Origin: a virus
Lineage: Duplodnaviria > Caudoviricetes
Strand: one strand, 5' to 3'
IMG/VR virus record: IMGVR_UViG_3300036778_000070
Span: 1 to 43,978 of that record
DNA length: 43,978 nt
In this document: positions 33,571 through 42,459 of the stretch, piece after piece
Position numbering within the stretch: position 1 is the first letter of the stretch
Layout: every line of letters begins with the position of its first letter
Notes under the pieces: generated by a model
Databases searched by the model: none
What the model was told of the DNA's origin: nothing
What the model saw: the letters and a program-made list of their open reading frames with translations, nothing else
Program-made: the position numbers and the translations under genes

Positions 33571-34852
33571 AGTTGAAGTTCAAGCTGACAGCAAGCCGCT
33601 TGACGAGTTGAAGCAAAAAGCGGCAGCGGCCGAAGCGCAAATTGAAAAGCTGTTCAATCAAGGTGATATCACTTCGGCGATCAAGTACGAGAAACAGCTT
33701 GCAAATATTCAACAGCAGATGACAAAGCTTGGGGCTGCGGCAGCAACAGCCGGAACCACGAGTTCAAGAGGAATACTTCAAGCGGCATACGCCATAGATG
33801 ATCTTCAGTACGGATTCCGGTCAATTGTTAATAATATTCCTCAGGTGGCGCTGGCGATCGGTGGCCCTCATGCAGCCGCTATCGCTGGAGCGGCCGGGAT
33901 TGCGGCAGTAGCCATCAGTCAGCTTATGAATCACTGGAGCGACCTATCAAGTCTCTGGAGTGAAGACACGTCAGGAAAACTTCCCAAGCTTAGAGAAGGC
34001 ATTGAGGGATTGGTCGAATCTCTCAAGAAGATTTCCACGGAAGTCGAGCATCTCCAATCATTGCAAGAAGCGCGTAAAGCGGGCGAGACTGGCCCAAGTT
34101 TCTGGGGAGTAGTTACAGGATCGGACATCAAGGGTGACCAACGTCTAGAGAAGCTTAAAGAACTTTCCAGAGAAGCCAAAGAGCGACTCGATGACGAGAA
34201 GGCAATAGCGTCAATTCGGTCCAAGGAAGAACAAGAAACAGAATCGGCAGTCAGAAAAGCGCTTGAAAATTTGCCAGGCGGTACAGCCGATGTTTTAGGC
34301 CAACTGCGTGGGAGTGGTTTTGGCGAAAATGATGCTAAGAAGGTTTTAGGACGAGCCATCCGCGGTGATGCATCTGCTCTTGACGACGTCTTATTTAATC
34401 TCGAAGGCGGTGCAACTGGGCGATTCAAAGAGCTGTTTCAAGCCATGCCAGCCGCAAGAGCAGAAAAGAAAGAATGGGACTTGAAAGCCAAGGAAGGGGA
34501 AGCTGAGCAGCACCAGTTGAAAGAGGAACGCAAGGAAGCCGAGAAGCTTCGCAAGGAAAGGCTCAAGGAAGAACAGAAGAATCGAATCGCGATTCTCGAA
34601 GATCAACGCGACTCGGTCAAGAAACAAATGGACGATGCCAACGAGCAAGCATGGCAAGCCCGTCATCGTGGGGGCCAGCCACAGATCCTCCAAGGCGCTA
34701 AGGCTGTCGTGGACATGTATCAGCAAGCTGCTGGCGGCAATCGCTTAGAGCAGATCGCCAAACAGCAGCACGCGGCTCAATTGCAGGGCAACAAGAAGCT
34801 TGACGAGATCGCCAAGGAAATCAAGAAGGAGCGGGCAGTAGTCCTCAAATAA
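33557..34852 (+). CDS. Tape measure protein (short, 431 aa)
   Basis: Helical and Ala-rich with a central hydrophobic segment; synteny. Confidence 0.7.
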   Translation: MEPLKVEVQADSKPLDELKQKAAAAEAQIEKLFNQGDITSAIKYEKQLANIQQQMTKLGAAAATAGTTSSRGILQAAYAIDDLQYGFRSIVNNIPQVALAIGGPHAAAIAGAAGIAAVAISQLMNHWSDLSSLWSEDTSGKLPKLREGIEGLVESLKKISTEVEHLQSLQEARKAGETGPSFWGVVTGSDIKGDQRLEKLKELSREAKERLDDEKAIASIRSKEEQETESAVRKALENLPGGTADVLGQLRGSGFGENDAKKVLGRAIRGDASALDDVLFNLEGGATGRFKELFQAMPAARAEKKEWDLKAKEGEAEQHQLKEERKEAEKLRKERLKEEQKNRIAILEDQRDSVKKQMDDANEQAWQARHRGGQPQILQGAKAVVDMYQQAAGGNRLEQIAKQQHAAQLQGNKKLDEIAKEIKKERAVVLK

Positions 34853-35709
34853 TGGCAGTAGTTATAAACGGAATTACATGTCAGGAACTCGTTAACGATT
34901 ACACTGAGAGCTATGACCTCCAGGAAGGCCCAGGATGCGTTAAAGGCTACCTGTGTGATTGGAATAGCCGATTCGCTGTTGTCCATGGAATTCTTGGCCT
35001 GTCATCCTCGATTTCAGTGGGTGGCCTAATCACCCTGAACGCACCGCTGCCATTTCCAGAGCTAGCCGCTGAATCGACCAACCTTCTTGCGTCAATGTAC
35101 GCAAGGCGATGCGATATCAAGGGGCACGGCTCCCCAGTTCAGGGCACCAAAAACATCACGTTTGTGAAAGCAGAAGTCTACGTGACGTTCGGTAATTTCC
35201 CGTGGACTTTTCAAGGAATCGATTTTTTCCAGCTCGATCCAACACATCCATACATATGGGCTGAACAGCACTTTGATTTTGCGGCCGAGTTCATAACAAT
35301 CCCAGGGCGGCAGCTCAAATATGCAACCTCCGGCAAGTTCGTCCAAGGCGACTGGGGGTTCTTCTCGCCGATGATGGACTTCTCGATCAGCTTGAAAGGC
35401 TTTCCGTATCTTCCAGCGGCGCAAATCTTGGCAGCGCTAGCCAAACCAATTAACAGTGTGCCTTACCTTAACGTGCCAGCCGGACAGTTGATGTTTAAGG
35501 GCGCCCAGGACCACCGCACAAAAGCTAGCGATGGCACGCAAACGGCGGACTTAACACTTGCGTTTTCTTATCGCAATATCGCCCCATGGGATTACAACTT
35601 TGATGGCTCTACTGGCCTATGGGACCAGGTTGTAACGTTTGTTGGAGGCAATCCCGTCCTACAACGATCTGACCTCACGCCAATCATTCCTCTCTCGTAC
35701 ACGGCCTGA
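34852..35709 (+). CDS. Tail tip/hub protein
   Basis: Follows the tape measure with TAATG coupling; beta-rich. Confidence 0.55.
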   Translation: MAVVINGITCQELVNDYTESYDLQEGPGCVKGYLCDWNSRFAVVHGILGLSSSISVGGLITLNAPLPFPELAAESTNLLASMYARRCDIKGHGSPVQGTKNITFVKAEVYVTFGNFPWTFQGIDFFQLDPTHPYIWAEQHFDFAAEFITIPGRQLKYATSGKFVQGDWGFFSPMMDFSISLKGFPYLPAAQILAALAKPINSVPYLNVPAGQLMFKGAQDHRTKASDGTQTADLTLAFSYRNIAPWDYNFDGSTGLWDQVVTFVGGNPVLQRSDLTPIIPLSYTA

Positions 35710-36170
35710 TGCTCCATTTCCCCAAAGAGCCCAAGCCAGGCATGCTGCTCACGGCAGAGTGGATGCGTAAACTCTGGCGGGCCGTGCGTCGTTCGCAAAT
35801 CAGGTTAGGCGTCAACAGCGGCCTCGCCATGATTCAAAACGACGACGTGGGAACCCTGCTTTGGGTCACTAAGAACTCAGGCGGTGCACAGCTTGCCCTC
35901 ACGGCATCAGGCGGCATTACGGCAGCCGTTGACAACGCTGGCTCGTGCACCAACTCGGGGACTCTGGTAAAGAGCACACCGGGCACGGGCAGCGTTTACC
36001 CGATGGCGTATGACGGCACTTGCCTCGTTGCGGACACGTCGGTAACCGCAATCAGTGTACTCAGCTTCTCGACGACGACTGGCGGTATTCCGGCTAACGT
36101 CAAGGTGTGGATCACACAGAATGATAATGATGGGCAGTTCTATGTGACGTCAGTTGACTGCGGAAATTGA
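35709..36170 (+). CDS. Tail-associated protein
   Basis: Coupled ORF in the tail operon. Confidence 0.55.
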   Translation: MLHFPKEPKPGMLLTAEWMRKLWRAVRRSQIRLGVNSGLAMIQNDDVGTLLWVTKNSGGAQLALTASGGITAAVDNAGSCTNSGTLVKSTPGTGSVYPMAYDGTCLVADTSVTAISVLSFSTTTGGIPANVKVWITQNDNDGQFYVTSVDCGN

Positions 36171-36179
36171 CATATTCTG

Positions 36180-36800
36180 ATGGCTCAGAATAAAGCTTTT
36201 AAGCAGGGGGGCGTGGGCTCGAAATGTTGTTGTGCTGGCTGCACTTGTCCAACAACTATTTGCGTAACCTCTTGCAGTAACACTCTCGGTGGCGTCGGGC
36301 TCAGTGGTGCCGTGGTAACAGTCGGCACGCTTCCATCTCAAACGGTCGACTCAACGGGATGTGCAACCTTTTGTCTCGATTCGATCGGCGGTCCTGGGAA
36401 TTACACGGTAACTGTTGTTGCCGGCTCGACAACGTGTTTTAGCGGCACAAAAGCTCTCACGTGTCACGGGACTACAAACATAACCGCTGATCCTACGTGC
36501 TTATGTGACCCTGGGGCGACCACCTTCCACGGTAGCTGGACGTTCACTTTTAACGGCGGGGCGCCAACTCATTGCGCGTTTGTGATAACAGCAGGTGCGG
36601 GCACTTGCTTCGCAATAGCAAGTTTTCAATTTAATTTGACCAGCGGTTTTTGTTTTGTAAATGTGAATGGTTGCGGAAGTTTCCCATTGAAAAACACATC
36701 AACATGCAGTCCGTTTAATCTCGTGTACGATGTAGTAATCACTGGGTGTGGTGCTTTTCCTGGCGACACAATCGTAGGAACACTGACGGTGACTCCATGA
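36180..36800 (+). CDS. Cys-rich tail-tip protein
   Basis: KCCCAGCTCP N-terminus and many further Cys residues. Confidence 0.55.
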   Translation: MAQNKAFKQGGVGSKCCCAGCTCPTTICVTSCSNTLGGVGLSGAVVTVGTLPSQTVDSTGCATFCLDSIGGPGNYTVTVVAGSTTCFSGTKALTCHGTTNITADPTCLCDPGATTFHGSWTFTFNGGAPTHCAFVITAGAGTCFAIASFQFNLTSGFCFVNVNGCGSFPLKNTSTCSPFNLVYDVVITGCGAFPGDTIVGTLTVTP

Positions 36801-37174
36801 ACTGGACTGAGGCTCTTGAAATCGTGGTTAGTCGTACCAGCGTGGAGCGGTATCACTTCTTATGTTCGGACCAGTATCCAGATCACACAAGGTGGCGACA
36901 AGCCATGGTTCGCATGGCGTCGGAAACCACAGACTTCCCTCCATTGGTCACGCAGGCTCAGAACCTCTTCCGCTCGGCCCGCGGCTTCGTCCGGTCTGGG
37001 TTCAAGCTGGCCAGCAAATTAGAACGGGCACGGCGGCTAGAGATATGCCGCGTATGCCCGAAGTACGTCGGTAATCGGTGCTCTGTTTGTGGCTGTGCGA
37101 GTGCCGCAAAAACTTGGGTGGCATCAGACCGATGTCCGCTCGATCCACCCAAGTGGTCAGCCGTGACCGACTAG
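36797..37174 (+). CDS. Cys-rich (DUF6171-like) protein
   Basis: RLEICRVCP...CSVCGC...K.......CPLDPPKW pattern. Confidence 0.6.
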   Translation: MNWTEALEIVVSRTSVERYHFLCSDQYPDHTRWRQAMVRMASETTDFPPLVTQAQNLFRSARGFVRSGFKLASKLERARRLEICRVCPKYVGNRCSVCGCASAAKTWVASDRCPLDPPKWSAVTD

Positions 37175-38307
37175 TTTCCTTGCATCATCCTGGCGAAGTC
37201 GCCAGTCGGCGAGCTGTTCTCGGACGATGACACCTGGCCTGTCTTTGAGAATAACGCCACCAGCCAGCTAGAATTAGTCGGCACGGCGCCAACGTCGGCG
37301 CGATTGCCGAGCCAGAAAAACAGCACGCCAGAACTCAGGCCGATTGAGCTAGGCGTTGAATAGATCGTGGTAGGCACCACGGTTCCATCCGGGTTGACGA
37401 TGATGTCAACGTTCCCGGTCGTCTGATTGACCGGCAGCCGGCTCCGGTTGGTTCTCAGGTCGACAACGACGCTCTGGGGCAGCACGGTTGTTCTGGCCGC
37501 ATTAGCAGGCGCAGGACGGCGTCGAATCGCGTAGCTCGCGCCGATGGTGTTCTGCGAGGCTAGCACGCCAAGCCATGTCTCTGGCTCCCACTCGGCTGAT
37601 TCGTCGGTCGTGTTGTTGGCGTTGTTGTCCACTCCGTCAAAACCCTCGTCTACCCAGCCGTTGGCGTTGTCGTCCTTGCCGTTGACGAGTAGCAGGTAAT
37701 CGAGGGTCCTGGTAACCGTCTGGCCGTCTGGCGAGGTGAACACGCGGCTTACCGGGCTGGTTGTGCCAGGATCGCCGACACCGACAAACTGTTCAGCGTT
37801 CGCGGTGACCACAGGGCCGCATACCGTGTACCACGGGCCAGCGTTGTTGATCTGAACCTTATCGCCAACACGGACGTTCCAAAACCACGACGTGGGAGAA
37901 TTGGGAACCCAGGCCCATATTCCTGTTTTGGGATCCTGCACCCAAGAGCCGGGCAACTCCTCGAGCACAAGGGCTGACGTGCCCAGCATCACGCCCGCGG
38001 TATAGGCTTGCGTCGGATAGATCGACACAAGCCCATCCTGATAAGCAGGCGGCATGGCCAGAGGGATTATCTGACTGGAGGTTAACGGCAGTAACGGATC
38101 GGCCAACAGCCGTATTCCGCTCGGCGAGTTATCCCGAATGGCGGCATCCCTGGCGCCGGCGAGGGCTGCCTGAAGAATGCGGGCGCTCTCGCTCATCTGA
38201 CGGTCGCCTATCCCGGTCAAGAGCGTGGGCAGCGTCACGGCGCTTATCAGGATGATGATGGTGATCACAACCAACAGTTCGATCAGCGTGAAGCCATGTC
38301 GACGCAT
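37171..38307 (-). CDS. Prepilin-type N-terminal cleavage/methylation protein (FimT/GspH-like, planctomycete style)
   Basis: MRRHG|FTLIELLVVITIIILISAVTLP class III signal with E5; acidic DxDxN repeats; AGGAG SD. Confidence 0.9.
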   Translation of the reverse strand: MRRHGFTLIELLVVITIIILISAVTLPTLLTGIGDRQMSESARILQAALAGARDAAIRDNSPSGIRLLADPLLPLTSSQIIPLAMPPAYQDGLVSIYPTQAYTAGVMLGTSALVLEELPGSWVQDPKTGIWAWVPNSPTSWFWNVRVGDKVQINNAGPWYTVCGPVVTANAEQFVGVGDPGTTSPVSRVFTSPDGQTVTRTLDYLLLVNGKDDNANGWVDEGFDGVDNNANNTTDESAEWEPETWLGVLASQNTIGASYAIRRRPAPANAARTTVLPQSVVVDLRTNRSRLPVNQTTGNVDIIVNPDGTVVPTTIYSTPSSIGLSSGVLFFWLGNRADVGAVPTNSSWLVALFSKTGQVSSSENSSPTGDFARMMQGN

Positions 38308-38722
38308 CGGGCGATCTCCTCATATATGCGGTACAGGTCGTGACGGTAGGGGTAAACGATCGCCGCATTCCAGGCAGCGAGAAGGCCGACGGCGCAGCAT
38401 AGGGTGTTGATGATCAAGGCTCGACTGATACGCATGTTTAATCCTTATCTGTTGGGGCTGGAAATATGTACGACAACACAACCAAAATCAGCATGATCGA
38501 AATCGACGTTATCGCTCCGAACACGGCCGCGTTGACGCTCAGGTCGGTGGTCACGTAGTTGCTCCTTCGCGGTTGATGGCTTCCCACGCTCAAACATAGG
38601 GCGCGGATTGCCGGGGTGGTCTTTGCGTCTACAGAACGACATATTCGCTTCCGTAGTTAAGTGCTTTGGCACCATTCAATCGTTTTGGGCGGCCCCTTTT
38701 CCCTTCTTATGCGGTTTGCGAC

Positions 38723-38821
38723 AGGGGTTTTACCCCTATTTCTAGAGGGTTTCATGGTTTGGGCAACATCTTCATGAGATATTGCCCTGGATGCGGTTGG
38801 GCCTATGAAACAAGGGGTTTT
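38723..38821. other. Candidate attP / symmetric recombination site
   Basis: Inverted repeat GGGCAACATC-7 nt-GATATTGCCC (38761-38787), outer IR GTTTCAT/ATGAAAC and direct repeats AGGGGTTTT, all in non-coding DNA. Confidence 0.3.
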
Positions 38822-38884
38822 CGGTGATCGAATCAGACATTGGCACTCTATTCGGTACTATATCCTTTTTTGGCTGAACGAACG

Positions 38885-39121
38885 TTAATTAACGGAGGCA
38901 GCCCTATTCTCTCTCAGTGCGGCCAGATAGGCTTCCATCTCCTCGACTTCAAGAGGATCCATTTCATCGGCGCTGTAATTGCCGAGATCATTGAATTCCG
39001 CCGTCATCTCGGCGGCATCCTCGTCTCCAGTCAGATTGTTGTCAGGGTCAAAGTGGCCCTCGATCATCTGGGCCAGGCTTGAGCAGCATCGGCAATGTGC
39101 GGGCTGGTTTTTCAGGCTCAT
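38885..39121 (-). CDS. Small acidic hypothetical protein
   Basis: MSLKNQPAHCRCC...; preceded by GGAGAGATGAG. Confidence 0.55.
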   Translation of the reverse strand: MSLKNQPAHCRCCSSLAQMIEGHFDPDNNLTGDEDAAEMTAEFNDLGNYSADEMDPLEVEEMEAYLAALRENRAASVN

Positions 39122-39161
39122 CTCATCTCTCCCATGTTTGGCCGTCCCTGGCCAGGTTGGT

Positions 39162-39341
39162 TCAGCGGGCGGGTTCAATTTCGTCTAGCCGATCGAGAAC
39201 TGCGTTCCTTCTGCAAATCAGTGCGTCTTTACGCATAACCTGGAAGTCATACGTATAACGCATTGCCGACTCGATTCTGAGAAAGAGACACATTAGGCGG
39301 TCGGAATAGTTGCGATCTCTGTTTTTCATTGTGGTCTTCAT
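39162..39341 (-). CDS. Small hypothetical protein
   Basis: MKTTMKNRDRNY...; preceded by GAGGAGAGACGAG. Confidence 0.55.
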   Translation of the reverse strand: MKTTMKNRDRNYSDRLMCLFLRIESAMRYTYDFQVMRKDALICRRNAVLDRLDEIEPAR

Positions 39342-39367
39342 CTCGTCTCTCCTCGGTTGGGGTTGGT

Positions 39368-39601
39368 TCAGCGGGCGGCGTGGCGGCGTTCGAGTTCGGC
39401 GCGGACTTGGCGGCGTTCTTCGGACAGATAGTGCGCTTCTTCCATTGCTGAGCCGTTCGGATCGCCCTGGTAGCGTGCGTAACTCGCATCGTCGTGCCAT
39501 CCGGGTGGTACAAACTCCTGTTGTATCGTCGCTAGTCTGCCGTCGATCGAGACGAGTTGCTGTTCTAATTCGGCAATGTGGAAATCGTCAAAGGTCTTCA
39601 T
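39368..39601 (-). CDS. Small hypothetical protein
   Basis: Preceded by TAAGGAGCCCGACG. Confidence 0.6.
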   Translation of the reverse strand: MKTFDDFHIAELEQQLVSIDGRLATIQQEFVPPGWHDDASYARYQGDPNGSAMEEAHYLSEERRQVRAELERRHAAR

Positions 39602-39612
39602 CGTCGGGCTCC

Positions 39613-39783
39613 TTATTTGGTCGACTTGTAAAGTGACACCAGGCCGGCTCTCTTTGCCTTCGCGGCTGCGATGTCTTCCTTCGTCCGCCGCAGGTCTTCC
39701 CGGTAGCCGATCAGTTCGGCGTCGATCTCTTCGATCTCATCCTTGATGTCGCTTCTCATGTCTCTGATCTCGGTTCGGGTCAT
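39613..39783 (-). CDS. Small coiled-coil protein (56 aa)
   Basis: Hand-translated MTRTEIRDMRSDIKDEIEEIDAELIGYREDL...; preceded by AGGAGCCCGACCG. Confidence 0.6.
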   Translation of the reverse strand: MTRTEIRDMRSDIKDEIEEIDAELIGYREDLRRTKEDIAAAKAKRAGLVSLYKSTK

Positions 39784-39825
39784 CGGTCGGGCTCCTGTTG
39801 GGGGCGTCCTTGCCCCGTGGGTGGC

Positions 39826-40008
39826 TCAGAATGAAATCGTCAGCTCTTGGGTGTAATGCAGGTATGGCCCTTTACCGCTGCCGCCGTGTCTCTTCTTCTC
39901 GCTGCGAATAAACTTGACTGCCGTGATGACGCCACTTTGGCCCGTCTTCATGTTGGTGATTTTGTCGCCAAGCTTTGCAGGTGTCGTGCAGGTCTGGGTG
40001 ATCGTCAT
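39826..40008 (-). CDS. Small SH3/KOW-like beta protein
   Basis: KLGDKITNMKTGQSGVITAV; preceded by GGAGACGAGACG. Confidence 0.55.
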   Translation of the reverse strand: MTITQTCTTPAKLGDKITNMKTGQSGVITAVKFIRSEKKRHGGSGKGPYLHYTQELTISF

Positions 40009-40056
40009 CGTCTCGTCTCCCGTTCGGCGTTTCGTTTGTCTCATCCCTACATCTAA

Positions 40057-40085
40057 ACTATATCCCGCGGATATCTCGCTGTCAA
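40057..40085 (-). promoter_or_regulatory. Near-consensus sigma70 promoter for the small-gene cassette
   Basis: TTGACA-17-TATAGT, with the near-palindrome ATATCCCGCGGATAT overlapping the spacer. Confidence 0.7.
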
Positions 40086-40273
40086 GCGTTCTGACGAGAT
40101 TTTTTCGGAATTCTTTTCCGACGAATGAATTCACTACGGACCAGATCGCGCACGGTGGCCGATCGGTCTTTGTTGCGGTCAAGCCGCTCGGCATCGTCCT
40201 GGGCCAGTTCGTCAAGCAAGCCAATGGTCTCTGGGCTCATCGTGACTAGGATCTTGTTCGGGTCGGCTGCCAT
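40082..40273 (-). CDS. Ribbon-helix-helix (CopG-like) regulator
   Basis: KILVTMSPETIGLLDELA...RSATVRDLV pattern. Confidence 0.7.
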   Translation of the reverse strand: MAADPNKILVTMSPETIGLLDELAQDDAERLDRNKDRSATVRDLVRSEFIRRKRIPKKSRQNA

Positions 40274-40340
40274 ATGGTATCTCCTTTCGTGAGATGTTCT
40301 CAGGATGTCTCAAGTATATCCTTCCCACGAAAGGAGTCAA

Positions 40341-41339
40341 ATGCCCCGACCAGCGAAAATATGGGCGCGCAAGAACCGGCCCGGTTTCTACGCCACGATC
40401 GGCAAACAGAAGGTGTTTCTAGGGCTGGACCGCGCGCACGCTGAGCGTGAATTTCACAGATTAAAAGCCGCTACCAAGCCCATCCCACGATCCAAGCAGC
40501 GCGTGGATACTTTGGTGGATTTGTATCTCGATCACGCCTCACGCGAGGTCAGGGAGAGCACGTTCATCAATTACAAATGGTTCCTTCAATCGTGGTGCGA
40601 CCACGCCGGCAGCCGGATAGCCTCGGAACTAAAACCGCTCGACGTGGCGGCGTGGGTGGCAGGGCAGCAGTGGAACCCGACCACGCGGCACCAGGCGATC
40701 TCGATCGCCATCCGGTGGTCGCGGTGGTGCAAACGTATGGGTCACTTGGACCGGCATGTGCTAGAGGATACACCCAGGCCGAAGCAGCTCGTCAGGGAGG
40801 CGGCTCCCCCAGAAGAGATCGACCAATTGCTAGCGGCCATCCCAGACCAGCAATTGCGCGACATCGCGACGGTGATATTCGACAGCGGTGCCCGCCCAGG
40901 CGAGATTCGCACGTTGACGGCGGCTCAGATCAACTGGGAAGCCCGCTCGGCCGTGGTGACTGGTAAGCGTGGATCGCGGATCATCAGCCTGACGGAACGG
41001 TCGATAGCGATACTCGAGCGCTGCGCTATCACGGTGAAGGATGGGCCACTGCTCCTCAACATGGAGGGCAGGCCCTGGTCAAAGACTATGTTGCCCAAGC
41101 GGTTTAACAGGTTATGCAAACGGCTTGGAATCCACGTAGTTCCCTATATGTTGAGACATGACCTGTATCGACGCGCCAGTAAAGCAGGAGCCTCTGATTT
41201 GGCGATCGCCAAACAATTAGGACATGCAGACTTGAAGATGTTGGCGGCTCATTACGCTCATATAGATACTACACAAACGAGAGATGTAGTAGACGCGGCT
41301 GCCGCTAAGCCACGTGAGCCCAAGTCCGACGATCCCTGA
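40341..41339 (+). CDS. int: Tyrosine integrase
   Basis: SGARPGEI (R), GKRG (K), YMLRH, LGH and HYAH catalytic motifs; AAGGAG SD. Confidence 0.92.
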   Translation: MPRPAKIWARKNRPGFYATIGKQKVFLGLDRAHAEREFHRLKAATKPIPRSKQRVDTLVDLYLDHASREVRESTFINYKWFLQSWCDHAGSRIASELKPLDVAAWVAGQQWNPTTRHQAISIAIRWSRWCKRMGHLDRHVLEDTPRPKQLVREAAPPEEIDQLLAAIPDQQLRDIATVIFDSGARPGEIRTLTAAQINWEARSAVVTGKRGSRIISLTERSIAILERCAITVKDGPLLLNMEGRPWSKTMLPKRFNRLCKRLGIHVVPYMLRHDLYRRASKAGASDLAIAKQLGHADLKMLAAHYAHIDTTQTRDVVDAAAAKPREPKSDDP

Positions 41340-41856
41340 TATCCATTATCGCGGGACAATGGACTCCATACTTTCGTCCGATTGCACGTAAGGACATCAA
41401 TCCACAGGCAATGTCTTTGCGGATTTCTATGACCTGTGCTTCTGTGAGTTTAGCCGAACCCATTTTTTCACCACGTGCACCACGGCCATTCCGTTTTCTG
41501 TCCGCAAAGTTTTCACGCACTGTTCCGTATCGAATATTTGACGGATAGTTATTCCGTTTATTGTCATCCATATGGCGAGTTTCCAGGTTATCAGGTCGCT
41601 CCCCATACATTAATTCTGCAATCACCTGATGCAAATAAACGTATCGATGTTTTCCGTTAAGCTTCCAGTGGAAAGCCTCGTAGCCTGCCTTTAGGAAATG
41701 CGTTTTGATGATACGCCACTTTGATGACGTTTTGTTCTTCTTTCCACCCTTAACGCTGAAGCTGCGTATCCGCCAGTCACTGCTGATCTGGTGATGAGGG
41801 AGCGAAGGAATCTGATACCAAACTTCGCCGGGCGTGGTAGGATCGATGATAGCCAT
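41305..41856 (-). CDS. HNH homing endonuclease (NUMOD4-like N-terminus, C-terminal HTH)
   Basis: EVWYQIP...QISS..RIRS, LHQVI..., RHMDDNKRNNYPSNIRYGT and AKLTEAQV motifs. Confidence 0.9.
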   Translation of the reverse strand: MAIIDPTTPGEVWYQIPSLPHHQISSDWRIRSFSVKGGKKNKTSSKWRIIKTHFLKAGYEAFHWKLNGKHRYVYLHQVIAELMYGERPDNLETRHMDDNKRNNYPSNIRYGTVRENFADRKRNGRGARGEKMGSAKLTEAQVIEIRKDIACGLMSLRAIGRKYGVHCPAIMDIRDRRTWAHVA

Positions 41857-41937
41857 GACGTGTTCCTTGCACAAAAGGAATGTTGTGGTCAGAGCCGGGC
41901 GGGTGGTAACAACACCTGTTCGGCTCGTTCTATTATA
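41854..41937 (-). promoter_or_regulatory. -10 box plus structured 5' leader (copy B) of the HNH gene
   Basis: TATAAT, hairpin, TGACCACAAC, SD-sequestering hairpin and GTCATGGCTA; paralogous to 23807-23891. Confidence 0.7.
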
Positions 41938-41957
41938 TCAATCATATGCTCGTAAGT

Positions 41958-42224
41958 CTAGACGACCCGTCGTGATTTCCTCTCTTCCCGTGTCTTGATC
42001 CACTTCAAGTTCGGCACCGCCGCAACCCGCCGCTCCACCCGCACCGGCTCGTCAACCTGATAGCGCGACGCCTCGAGGTAAGCGGCGAGATCCGACTCAG
42101 TGAACAGGATGCGCCTACCTAGCTGCCGGCACGGGATCTTGCCCGCTTTGGCGTGGCGGCGCACACTGTCCGGCGAGATTCGCAGGATGGCGGCGGCATC
42201 GGCGATGGTTAGGAGGGGGGTCAC
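41958..42224 (-). CDS. xis: Excisionase-family HTH_17 protein
   Basis: LLTIADAAAILRISPDSVRRHAKAGKIP...GRRILFTESDL; close to the integrase. Confidence 0.8.
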   Translation of the reverse strand: MTPLLTIADAAAILRISPDSVRRHAKAGKIPCRQLGRRILFTESDLAAYLEASRYQVDEPVRVERRVAAVPNLKWIKTREERKSRRVV

Positions 42225-42445
42225 GGCGCGGGCGGCTCCGTGGGAGTAATGATGACGGTTTTACGAAAATCTGGATGTTCGCCGCACCAGTCGTAGTTTC
42301 CGGACACGATCGCCCAAGAAGGATAAAAATCCTTATCTACTTCGATCAATTTCGGGGAAGGTGCGTGCCGCCTGCATTGTCCCTCGTTGTCATCATTGTT
42401 CCACTCCGCGAAATATGGGCACGTTGTACATGTAGGCTTATTCAT
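42221..42445 (-). CDS. Small Cys-rich protein
   Basis: CTTCPYF...GQCRRHAP...DWCGEH pattern. Confidence 0.6.
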   Translation of the reverse strand: MNKPTCTTCPYFAEWNNDDNEGQCRRHAPSPKLIEVDKDFYPSWAIVSGNYDWCGEHPDFRKTVIITPTEPPAP

Positions 42446-42459
42446 CTCGTGTTCTCCTT

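Noticed and set aside
38445-38675. 76-aa minus-strand ORF
   Set aside because: No SD or motif support; could be non-coding moron promoter or att DNA.
38645-38676. tRNA-like fragments (GCTTCCGTAGTTAAG; GGCACCA) as att core
   Set aside because: Too short; no T-arm or cloverleaf.
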